Positions 23,546-35,500 of a stretch of 64,000 nucleotides of DNA are shown here, one piece after another. The first letter of the stretch is position 1; each line of letters begins with the position of its first letter. The notes beneath the pieces were generated by a model. The model did not search any database. It was not told the DNA's origin and saw nothing but the letters and a program-made list of their open reading frames with translations. The DNA lies in contig OZ249436.1 in assembly GCA_965235115.1 (NCBI GenBank), forward strand, positions 3,784,001 through 3,848,000. Reading direction: 5' to 3'. The stretch comes from Laetmonice hystrix (lineage: Eukaryota). Position numbers and translations under genes: made by a program.

Positions 23546-26500
23546 ATGGCAGATCCAACAAACATACAACAGTCCGGACGGCAAAGTCAATGGAAGCTGC
23601 CCTTGCGGGGAAGATCGTAAGTTGTATACCTTCCAATGTACGCTGGGGTCTACTTCTTCTTCTTCTTTTTTTTTTTTTTTTTTTTGAGGGGGGGTGTCTT
23701 ATCTTGTCTTCTCTTGTAATCAGCATTACCTTATTGATTGATGGATTGTTAATGGCCATAATATTATGACTCTGTCATTTGCCGGCTAAATAATAAATAT
23801 ATGATAGGCCTACACTGCCCCACTGGCGGATCCGGGGGGGGGGGGGTTTAGGGGGTTTAAACCCCCCTCAGAGCCACCAATTATAAGCGCCTACTGGACC
23901 CCGTCCGTTGGCGCTAGGGCTCCCTCCCTTCGCGAGCTCGGCACTGTTGGCGTCTCTGTAAACCCCCCCCCCCCCCCCTTGAAAAAATCCTAGATCCGCG
24001 CCTGTGCCCCGTCTTTTCCAGCCTTGTTGATTTCAAATTGCTGACCCTGAGGGCTGAGGCCCCTCCCCCTGCTCCCTCAAAACCCTAAGGTCTACCCAGC
24101 CTAGTGTAGATCCGATCTACATGTAAATTAAACATTCACTAGAAGTGACAACTTGTAGACTTCACTAGGCAGGCTATCTCAGCTTAGTTATATAAATCGG
24201 CACCCTAAACTACAGGGAAAATTATCGGAAGCTAAATTATTGAGCAATTTGCTTCCCTAAGATCATAAATTGCTTCCCTGAAGGCAAAGTGTTATACATT
24301 GTGTAAACCCTATTTTTGGAAGCAATCATTGGCATATCTGATTCCGTGGAAACTCCTTAATTTCGACCCCCGAAACTGGGAACCTTGGACCGAGGTTTTG
24401 GGTTTTTTTTTTAGCTAAACATCACACTGCACGGTACTTAAATTAGTCTTACATTATAAAGAAAGTGTTATTTGTCATTCTACTCTTCTTGATAACAGTA
24501 TTTTTTATAGTAAAAATTACTTCAATATTTTGAAATTTGCTGAGTATGATTGCAATCTATAGCAGGGCTCGAAAAAACCTACGTCCGATCGTCCGGGACG
24601 ACTAGAATATGTCTCTGGGCAAGTAAAATTTAAGGTTTGTGTAGTATGTCCTAGTTACTACTTGCCCGAAGGTCAAGTTCGGGCAAGTAAAACTGGTACC
24701 GGTAGATCTTTTTCGAGCCCTGTATAGTGAAGCCATCGACTGATCAATTTGAGCCCGAACCCTGTGTAACAAATTTAGCCAGGCAACTATCCTGTTAATG
24801 TTATAATTTACATTATAGACGACGCCAGCCAACTGCGAGAGCCTTCACTTTTACAAGATCGTGGGAGAAGAATATATCCCCTGCGGCAGTCATCAAGGAG
24901 TCGGTATGTTCAATCTGAGACATGTCAATAAAACCAGATGTTAAACACAAAGTTAACAGTGGCGCCTGCGGCCACTGCAAAGTTATTATTGTGAAATTAA
25001 TTTTTTATGTTGCTTGTCACATTTGAACAAAATTGATTGTATTCAAAGTAAGTTTTGTAGCTGACAATTGCTGGAGTTGAATGTATTTTATAAATATAGA
25101 AGATTTATTTCATAAAGTGTGTCAATGTGATGTTAATCCATAAAGCACGGTGGCCGAGGACAACTAGTCGAGGTGCCGCAGCCCTCATCAAGTACACAAA
25201 TCTCCCAGTACATACAGGAGAATTCAATTCCACTGGTCATCAAAAGTCCACTGGCCCGCCCTATACCAGGTACTTCAATACTGAGAACACTTTGGTAGCA
25301 GTCTTCCTGGCATTAGGCCGAAGTTATAATGAAGGAAAATGAATTAATAGATGAATTTCAGCCATAAAATTATATGCATCGGTGTAAGTAAAAGAAGAGA
25401 AAGTGACACGGCCAATATTTCTTAGTCCTCACCTGTCATGTATTCCTGGTCAAGGTTCATTTCTTAGATAGTTATTAAGTTGTTATCTTTAAATAAAAGT
25501 TGCAGAAGAAAGTGAAGATGATGAAAGTTTACCTGGTGACACACATGAAGATGAAGCTGTAGAAGATGACAATGAAAGTAGGTCGGAAGGGTATGAGGAT
25601 AAAGTCCAAGCAGACACAGCAGAAAGAAATGACTCCAAGCCTTCCGGTGAGAATGATGTAGAGGAGGAAGATGATGACACAGGTTGGATGACCGAGAAGA
25701 TTATATTTGAAAATGACGTGGTCCTTTCAGTTAAGAAAGGTCAAGTCCAGCCCTTGGAAAACGAGATTGAGAGAATGGCATTTGGTGAGAATTTAGAGGA
25801 AGCAGAAGTTACAGGTGTCAGAGAGAAAGGAAGAGAAAACTTCATTCAAGAAAATGAAGGTAAAGGAAGGAAGTTGAGAAAAGAAGTAGAAGGTGGGGAG
25901 TTTGACAAAATGTCCAACCACTCGAGAGGAACCAGTGATCAGGATACCAGACTTTTTGATGATCACATAGAAGGTGGTTTAGGTCATTTTGCGGTAGAAA
26001 GTCCTACGAGAAAAAGATTGCACGAGTCGTTGGGAAGACTTCAGACAGCTGAATCACCCATCCAGAAGCGCTTACTTTTGCAGAGGCACAGCACTCCAAT
26101 ACCCAACAAGAGAGCAAAGCCATTTCTTGACACAGTGGTTGTCACACCTGGAGACTTACCAAGTGATGAGCAATCGGCATCACTGGCAGCATCATCCACA
26201 AAAAAACCTACAAGGTAGCATACCTACAAGTGCAATTTATAATTGGTCTCTCTACGTACTTTCAAAATGGTTTCATGTCAAGCCTTCATTACAAAATTGG
26301 AAATCATAATATATAGCTAAAAACCTGGGGCAGGTTTTTTTTAAAGTTTGTTCAGTTGATGGTGTAAAAAAAACTTTAATCCAAAGGGAACAATATTTGG
26401 TTTTGGGGATGAGAAAAAGAATAGTCTGGCCTTGCACACAAAAAATGGTGTTACTTGTGTTTCTGTTGTAGTTTGCAGCCTCGGAGGAGTAGCTCTAAAG

Positions 26501-29500
26501 GAAGAAACATCTCAAATTCTCTGAGGTCAAACAAGACCCCTACAGTCAGGGAAACTCCCAGTTCAAGTAGAAAGCTACGACAGACAACGCTGATGGAGCT
26601 GGAGCCGTCTGTGCTCAAACCAAGAACGCCAGCAAACCGTACATCAGACAACTCGTCCGGTCAGACAACGGTAACATAGAGTCATTCAGAATGATCTGTA
26701 AACAGAGTCACTGCTAATGAAAACACAGTTATATGTTCAGTAAATACCTTCGTTTTGAAATTTCCATGTATAAACATTGGAGAGGACATTACTGTTAACT
26801 TTGAATATCCTGTTACTGTACATTTACCAAGTCTGACTACATCATTGTAGAGGTTCACAACTGAGAACGCTCGAAGTGGTCGAGCCGTTCATTCCAGGAG
26901 GTCACGGAGACCTGTTCAATTGACCATCAGACCAGAAGATCTCTGTGATGTTATTGAAGGTATTATTATAGAAATCTTTACATAATGAAATAATTACCTA
27001 TTTCACCTGATAGATTTGTTTAATTTTGTGTACAGTAGTGCTATGTTCCAGCTGCATGACGAAGATGGATGATACATTTTCAAGTCGATATGATATGTAT
27101 GTTCCAGAGTACATTAAAGCACAATAAAGAATCATTTTTAGTAATAAATTTTTTTTCAGATGTGAGAATCTGGCAAGGTATAGACCAGGGACGTCGAAAC
27201 CTTCAGCATGCAACTGACCTTGACATTATCTTGGACCAGATTGAGGAGGGAGCATACAGGATACTGTATGTACCACCGGTATTGAGTCACTAATTTGGCA
27301 TGACACTGTAGTACCAAGGATATTCCTTTTACTTATTTGAGATGGCACCTGATCTATCTTTGGCACCAGGTGCCATCTCAGGTGAGATGGCACCTGATCT
27401 ATCTTTTAGCATTGGTTATCATGTCTTGAGGTGAAGTTGTGCTGTAATTGATCTTAAGCGTGATTTTTGAATTGGAACCTACGTTGCACCAATTTACTTA
27501 TGTTGTGTATTACATAATTATAATTTTCAATATTTTCAGACAAAACGTTGAAGACCCAGTATGTCATAAAGCCATCTGTAAATTGATTGAAAAGACACGG
27601 AAAGACATCAGAACAACAGTAAGTTACCTAATACATTGTATCTGAACTCGACTCAATATATTTGTTTAAATTTATACAGATCTTGACAGAATTTGAAAAC
27701 ACTAAGAGTACTATATTGTCTTTTATAACATTAACTCCTGATAAAAAGATTGTTATAAAATTTTTAGTATTCCTTGCAGTGAAATAAATGATTTGTTTGC
27801 CCATGATATTTATGGAGTTATTGCATCAGTAATGTTTCAAATAGTTCATATATACAAGCTACAGGATTATGGCTCAAAACTGGGATTTTATTTTGTGATC
27901 CTAGATAACGGCTGTAATTGGTCACCAGAAATTGAAAAATACTCTCACAAAGGTAAGGAAATGTTTTATGTACCAGGCATATGAATACAGGTAATCGATC
28001 ACCCTACGGCCGCTAGTTTTGTTGAAGCGCTGTCCCCATCTCCTACAAATCTGCGTATTTCAAGCTTACCTGATCTTGAATCTATCCCACTGGACTAATA
28101 AAACATTCTGTCGTAACCATAACAGTGTTGTGCTAGGTCTGTTGTTGATTATAAGCCATAATGAGGCGATATATCCCATATCTTTAATCTCAATGGACTG
28201 AGAACCGAGAACGCCATGACCACGTTAGCATTGTTAGGGCGGTTGTTACTAAGCAACGGGATTGGGCGCATGCGTTGCCTCGCACTGCTCTGCCCGCCCT
28301 CTGCCCACAATTCAAATAAGGGCATGATTTGATTCGCTAGAAACCCCTTAAAATAATTGTTTTGTTGAATTGACTGCGATTATTTCAATTTTCGGACAGA
28401 TTTCCTTTAAGGAAGAATGGATAAACGATGTGTTAGCATTGTTAGTATTCTGTACGGTACTTTAAGTATGCATAATTATTACAGACTGTATGTAATTATT
28501 ACAGACTGTGCGCAATGTGAGGGAAAAGAGGAATGACCTCTTGGTTCTGCAACAAGAAAACAACAGGTAACTCCAATCAGATCTGTCCCAAACTGGCCAT
28601 GACCTGTCTTATCCAGTCCAATGTCTGCCCCCAAACTGGCCATGACCTCTGTCTTATCCAGTCCAATGTCTGCCCCAAAACTGGCCATGACCTGTCTTAT
28701 CCAGTCCAATGTCTGCCCCAAAACTGGCCATGACCTGTCTTATCCTGTCCAATGTCTGCCCCAAAACTGGTCATGACCTCCGCCTTATCCAGTCCAGTGT
28801 CTGCCCCAAAACTGGCCATGACCTCTGTCTTATCCAGTCCAATGTCTGCCCCAAAACTGGCCATGACCTCCATCTTATCCAGTCCAATGTCTGCCCCAAA
28901 ACTGGCCATGACCTCCATCTTATCCAGTCCAATGTCTGCCCCAAAACTGGCCATGACCTCTGTCTTATCCAGTCCAGTGTCTGCCCCAAAACTGGCCATG
29001 ACCTCCGCCTTATCCAGTCCAGTGTCTGCCCCAAAACTGGCCATGACCTCTGTCTTATCCAGTCCAATGTCTGCCCCCAAACTGGCCATGACCTCTGTCT
29101 TATCCAGTCCAATGTCTGCCCCAAAACTGGCCATGACCTCCGTCTTATCCAGTCCAATGTCTGCCCCAAAACTGGCCATGACCTCCGTCATATCCAGTCC
29201 AATGTCTGCCCCAAAACTGGCCATGACCTCCGTCATATCCAGTCCAATGTCTGCCCCAAAACTGGCCATGACCTCCGTCATATCCAGTCCAATGTCTGCC
29301 CCAAAACTGGCCATGACCTCCGTCATATCCAGTCCAATGTCTGCCCCAAAACTGGCCATGACCTCCGTCATATCCAGTCCAATGTCTGCCCCGAAACATG
29401 ACCTCCGTCATATCCAGTCCAATGTCTGCCCCAAAACTGGCCATGACCTCCGTCTTATCCAGTCCAATGTCTGCCCTAAAACTGGCCATGACCTCTGTCT

Positions 29501-31078
29501 TATCCAGTCCAATGTCTGCCCCAAAACTGGCCATTACCTCCGTCATATCCAGTCCAATGTCTGCCCTAAAACTGGCCATGACCTCCGTCATATCCAGTCC
29601 AATGTCTGCCCCAAAACTGGCCATGACCTCCGTCATATCCAGTCCAATGTCTGCCCTAAAACTGGCCATGACCTCTGTCTTATCCAGTCCAATGTCTGCT
29701 CCAAAACTGGCCATGACCTCTGTCTTATCCAGTCCAGTGTCTGCCCCAAAACTGGCCATGACCTCCGTCATATCCAGTCCAATGTCTGCCCCAAAACTGG
29801 CCATGACCTCCGTCATATCCAGTCCAATGTCTGCCCCAAAACTGGCCATGACCTCCGTCATATCTAGTCCAATGTCTGCCCCAAAACTGGCCATGACCTC
29901 CGTCATATCCAGTCCAATGTCTGCCCTAAAACTGGCCATGACCTCTGTCTTATCCAGTCCAATGTCTGCTCCAAAACTGGCCATGACCTCCGTCATATCC
30001 AGTCCAATGTCTGCCCCAAAACTGGCCATGACCTCCGTCATATCCAGTCCAATGTCTGCCCCAAAACTGGCCATTACCTCCGTCATATCCAGTCCAATGT
30101 CTGCCCTAAAACTGTTATGGCCTGTCTTATCCAGTGTAATGTCTTCCTAGGAAATAGATCATATGTGGCATGTGTTTTTAAGTGATGGTTAAAAGTTAAG
30201 GACATTGTACCCTCCTACAGTCTACACAAATGGAAACAGTTTTTACCAGATTGCAGGTTACTCATCTACTTGTATTATTATTGTTTATGATAAAGCCTGA
30301 AGGTTGAGGTGACCAAGTTGTCCATACACGGGAGGGTATAATACTTGTATTATTATTGTTTATGATAAAGCTTGAAGGTTGAGGTGACCAAGTTGAAGCA
30401 GCAAACATCAGAACCCTACAGGCACCCAAAGTCTATGATTGAAATATCAAAGTTTCTGACCAACCTTGGAGACCTACAGGATTCGTTTGCTAGCCGTGCT
30501 CCAAACAAGATTTCACGCAAGGTAAGTGTAAAGGTGTAAATGTAAGTGTAAATGTAAGTGTAAATGCAAGGTAAATGAGTCAGCGAGATTTGTATCATGT
30601 GTTTAACTAGAGATGACTTCCCACCCAAAAAATGAAAGAATCTTACTTAGAATGTTCTAAAATTAAAATTAGGAAACCTAAGACCCTATATTGTTGGTTG
30701 GCTAGTCAAACATGATGCGACTAAGATACTAGACTTTGCATATAACAGCCTTGCATATACCAGACAATCGGCTATAACGTACTGAAACTGAAAGTCCCAG
30801 TCCCGTCTAACGATATAACAGACAAAAATCTCTGGTCCCAATCAGTACATTATATGCGAAGTCTACTGTAGTATAAATAGTGTTGTGATGTAGGTTTGCT
30901 TTCTTTACAGAAAACCATCACATATGGTGCTACAAACACTGTACTCGAGGGTATGAAGGACAAGGTGCAGATAGTACCCAAGGTGCAGTCAGTTAACCGG
31001 CGACTTGAATTATGGCTGGATGCTCAGGTCCGAACAACCACCTCATTCAACACTACGTCGGTTGAGATGACAGGTTAA
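23546..31078 (+). CDS. CENPU: Centromere protein U-like, ~638 aa. Exons 23546-23616, 24819-24903, 25146-25269, 25500(or 25506)-26214, 26472-26670, 26851-26959, 27160-27265, 27540-27618, 27905-27952, 28505-28566, 30371-30521, 30911-31078
   Basis: Phase-consistent GT-AG model. C-terminal IW..TDLDIILDQIE..VEDPVCHKAI..REKRNDLLVLQQE..SKFLTNLGDLQ..TY..VQSVNRRLELWLD matches the vertebrate CENP-U C-terminal region as recalled. QRHSTP resembles the CENP-U/PBIP1 Polo-box docking motif PLHST. The first three exons are less certain. Confidence 0.75.
23821..24004. mobile_element. Short MITE-like element (ggcggatcc ... ctagatccgcgcctg) with G-run and C-run arms
   Basis: Imperfect terminal inverted repeats; relatives at 46657-46815 and ~47975-48208. 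Confidence 0.55.
24563..24722. mobile_element. 160-bp MITE, TIR CAGGGCTCGAAAAA, 5-bp TSD TATAG
   Basis: Perfect 14-bp TIR with tatag directly on both sides. Confidence 0.75.
28584..30135. repeat. Intronic minisatellite, 45-bp unit (atccagtccaatgtctgccccaaaactggccatgacctccgtcat), ~34 copies
   Basis: Tandem units inside the CENPU intron 28567-30370. Confidence 0.95.
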
Positions 31079-31591
31079 CACATACCAGCGATCACTTCTT
31101 CTATAAATACCAGATACAAGGCCACATTTTTCGCAAGGAAGGGACCTCGTGATATTTAAGTTAACGGGTTCTAGATCAAACCTGTTGTGTAAAGTTACAA
31201 GTCATTAATTTTGTTAGTGTGAGAATTTACTTTCAACTGTTGAGGTTGATGTTTTATGGTAAAATATGTTCAAGTACATGTATGTACTGCACATTTTCTA
31301 AGTGCCATAATCTCAATGCCTGAGATTTCCTAGAGGATTTCATCCGGGGTGGGGGTTGGGGGGGGGCGTAACCTAGGGTTGAGTATTTTTTCAGGGTGCC
31401 CAGCACTCCTATTTTTCCTATAAATTTCTCTATTTTTCCTGCCATCCTATAAATTCCCATACGTGTATTTGTACATTTCTGTAAGACTGTTAGTATGTGC
31501 TGATATGAGACTTTTCATTGTGGAAACATAGAATCAATTGTTCTTCTGTAAGTCGATTGTTATCTGGTCAAAACAACTTTACTTTGTCTTA

Positions 31592-32089
31592 AGTAGCTCT
31601 CACACTTGCACGTAGTCGGCACCGTAATCTCACGTAACATTAATACGTGGAATTACGGGAGGTGAGTACTTGAGCATTACATGAGAGTACGCGAGGCGAG
31701 AGGCAATACGTGAGAATACGGGAGGTTTTCAACATGTTCAAAATTTTCTGAATTACGTAGCCATTGTACGTAGCATTACGTGAGATTACGTAGTATTAGT
31801 ATTACGTAGACATGGCATCACGTATTCTCATGTAGTCGTGCGTAATCCTACGTAATGTCTCACGTAATGCCATGTAAAGTTAGTGCAGTCACAAAAAAAC
31901 GACGCTCCAAAATATCTCGCCTCAAATCTCAAGATATCTACGTAGCATTACGTGAGATTACGTAGTGTTACATGCGATTACATAGAGATTACGTAGTACT
32001 ACGTACTAACCCCTAATAACTGTCACGTATTTCTCATGCAAGTCTCACGTAATGATTACGGCACACTACGTGCAAGTGTGAGAGCTACT
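31592..32089. mobile_element. PIF/Harbinger-like MITE, 25-bp TIR AGTAGCTCTCACACTTGCACGTAGT, TTA TSD
   Basis: Perfect TIR; TTA at 31589-31591 and 32090-32092; interior rich in TACGTA/CACGTA. Confidence 0.8.
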
Positions 32090-32578
32090 TTAGGCACATC
32101 TATAACATTAAGTCGTGAAATCGATTTTGTGCAGTGATGGTTGGAAGGAGGACAACACGACAACAGTAATGTCCTGAATCATGACATGCCAATTTATTAT
32201 TTTACAAATACATGCTGGTACATAATAAAACATACAAAATGAAGTAAAAGGTCTTCATCCATTAATTAAATATGTTTTGATTGGCCTTATATATTTACAA
32301 TCGAGGAGAGGAACACATGCATAAATTTGTACTCTGTACAAGAACTTTACAGAACCTCTCATAACGTGATTCCAAACAGTGTTGTTTTTAGGAAAAAAGT
32401 ACATGTATACATATAATATACTTCATTTATGTTGTATATTTTATACATCAGTTCACAAGCTGCAGTGATCAGGCAGTACTGCATGGTGCGGCACATTTCG
32501 ATCACACTCAAATGTTTGTCAACAATTCTGACGCGAGGTTCAAACGTTGCTCGGACGTTTTTCTTAATTCTCCTGTTA

Positions 32579-35500
32579 CTAGGTAAACGAGGAGCACAGT
32601 GTGTTGACGACGAATTGTTTCCGCATCACAGGCAGCGAGATATAATCCATGTAATGAAGGAATCTGTTGAGAAAGAGGATGTCCAGAAGTAAGCAATGGC
32701 TCAAACACTGGTATACGTGTATATTCAATAAAAATAATTTTAAAAATTCCAAATTCCCTCAGTTTTTATTGTTCTAGTGCTCGTAATTTAACTTTTAAAA
32801 CATCTGGTGTTTTTCAACAGTATAAAAAAACATCTCGATGATTTCATATCCTTACATTTTAAACTCGAACTGCAAGATAGTCCCTAGAAAAACATTGAGA
32901 ACATCTAATACCGAGCAGGGCTCACCTCCTCTTTGTGTTGGTCACTCTACGTAGTTGCTCCGACCGACACATGGTCCGGAGGCTGGGAAGGTAATCCATG
33001 GCGATAGCTTTCTTCTGACACTGCACGTGACTTGGCAAAACTGACGATACGTACTCCAGACAGTTCCGGTGACTAGCACCCAACCTATTGTACAAGGTTA
33101 ACGATATTATTACAAATACGTTTAACCAAAACATGTGGTTAACTAATAAACATTTCTATTGGTTCTACATAAGATATTTATGTGTGTTAATGTAGATAAA
33201 ATACCTTTACATATAAAACAAGGTTGCCAACGTGCATGGTATGCCCATAAACTCTTTAGGGACATTGTCAAAGTAATTGGGTTACCCCTGATGCCCGTGC
33301 ATTTCAAAAAGAAAAATACAGTCTACGCCAGTGCCAGGATTACCTTAACAGTCAATGTTCGGTAGAAATCATGTGTAGCTCTAACTAGGAAAATATGGAT
33401 TCCGTCTCATTTCAAAAAGATGTGTGTAGGGGGGAGGGTCCATTGTCCTGCTCGACCACCAAAGCTCCTTTTTTAGGGGAGTGGCGGTGGCCTAGTGGGC
33501 ATGGATGTCGACACCTTATGCTATGCGAATGGGTGCAGTAATCTTAGGGCCTGGGTTCGATTCCTGTAGAGGACTATACAACTTTTCTCTTTAGGGACAT
33601 TGTCAAAGTAATTGGGTTACCCCTGATGCCCGTGCATTTCAAAAAGAAAAATACAGTCTACGCCAGTGCCAGGATTACCTTAACAGTCAATGTTCGGTAG
33701 AAATCATGTGTAGCTCTAACTAGGAAAATATGGATTCCGTCTCATTTCAAAAAGATGTGTGTAGGGGGGAGGGTCCATTGTCCTGCTCGACCACCAAAGC
33801 TCCTTTTTTAGGGGAGTGGCGGTGGCCTAGTGGGCATGGATGTCGACACCTTATGCTATGCGAATGGGTGCAGTAATCTTAGGGCCTGGGTTCGATTCCT
33901 GTAGAGGACTATACAACTTTTCTCTTTAGGGACATTGTCAAAGTAATTGGGTTACCCCTGATGCCCGTGCATTTCAAAAAGAAAAATACAGTTTCAGACT
34001 GGTCTATGTTTATCCAGCTGGTAACAAAATCTTAAGGGGAAAAAACGTGGTCATCTTACTTACAATAAAAGTCTATCAGATAGGCAAAGTTATGCACATA
34101 AACGACTCGGACCGCTAAGTTAAATGAGATAATATGTCACTGTTTTTATGCTTTTTCGCGCACTGTCTAAAAAAGAAAAGATTGTTCAGATGGGAAATTC
34201 CCAAATTCTGTGTTTTTTCATCTTAGGTTTTCTTCATGAATGAATGTTAGCAACCCTTACAAAAATAACTTACCTCCTGTAGACGGAGGTCTCCTGAGTG
34301 AACTGTAGACCCAAGTCGTGTCCTCTCTCAAGTGGTAAACACATTTTTTCCTCAAGTCCCTCTCTGCTGCCGAGTTGATTTATAGCATCAAGTGAAGATT
34401 GCAGTTCCAGGTTCGCCCTGGCCACACTGCCCAACTGGACATGGGTGGCGGCGGCACTGGCCACCCAGTCATTCCCATTGTGTTGGTCATCACACCTACC
34501 ACCTTGGCTAGACAGACCAGGGACCAATCGTCCTGCTGACCAGACGTGAGCATTCCTACCACAGGTACCTTCACTGTTACCACGAGGACGCAGCATATAC
34601 GCATCCAGAGCAGAAAACTGATCGTACATATCCGCCAAGGATTTCACAGATTTTAAAAGAATTCTGTCCTCATCTGAAATTTTACTTGATAATTTAGGAT
34701 GACTGTTGTTTTCAGAGCCAGAAACTGGCTCATTTGAAGCACTTTGAGACAGACAGTTATCTGGGCACTCTGATTCCGGTCTTTTTGATAATGACACAAA
34801 ACATTCATCGTCAGAATCGTTGCCACCAAAGAGTTCGGTTGCACATCGGATTCGTTTCCGTTGTACTGGTCGTGAGGGTAGAGAGTTTGCGAGGAAGCAG
34901 GCTGGGCGGCGCACAGCCTCACTGTGTGGTAGACAAAGTAACCTCAACACGTTACTGTATACCACATCCAGGTTCTCCTTCAGGAAGTCTTCAATACCTG
35001 ACATGTCTACACTTGTTTTACACTGCTGCAAATCAAAGAAAGAGAAGTAGTGTTAAAGAATCGCTGGTATTAGATGCAGAGGTTGAAGAGCAATACCTTC
35101 AACACCACTTTTAGCTTCAATCACCTCAATATTTTAGGATAAGAGTAAGAAATTTTGTTTTGAACATAAATTATTTTACCGTACAGAGATCATGTCCCAG
35201 TACTCTGCTAAAAAAAATTTCTTATCTCTATTATTATATGCGGAAATAATACATACATAAGGTACTAATGCCAAGCAGAATTCACTCTGTAGAGAGTTAG
35301 TATTAATAACCTACAGTCGAAATCTTAGGGCCTCAAATTACCTTCAGGAGTGTGAATAAATTCTGTTGGCCGTCGCCTGCAGAGGTCAAGCTTTCAAAGC
35401 ACATCTTGTGTCGTGCAGGAGTGACGGCCAAGTCTGCCACGAGAAGTTCATCCTCCCCAGTGGATGGCCGAGTGTTGGCGATCTCGTGGCCCTCCTGCGA

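Noticed and set aside
28584..30150. Long repetitive ORFs (MTEVMASFGADIGLD)n, and similar ones at 36070-37161, 45074-45730, 49686-51280, 58926-59406 and 62666-63508
   Set aside because: Products of stop-poor minisatellites or microsatellites, mostly inside introns, open in several frames and broken by indels
33481..33575. Functional tRNA gene
   Set aside because: A and B boxes are present but the acceptor and anticodon stems do not pair
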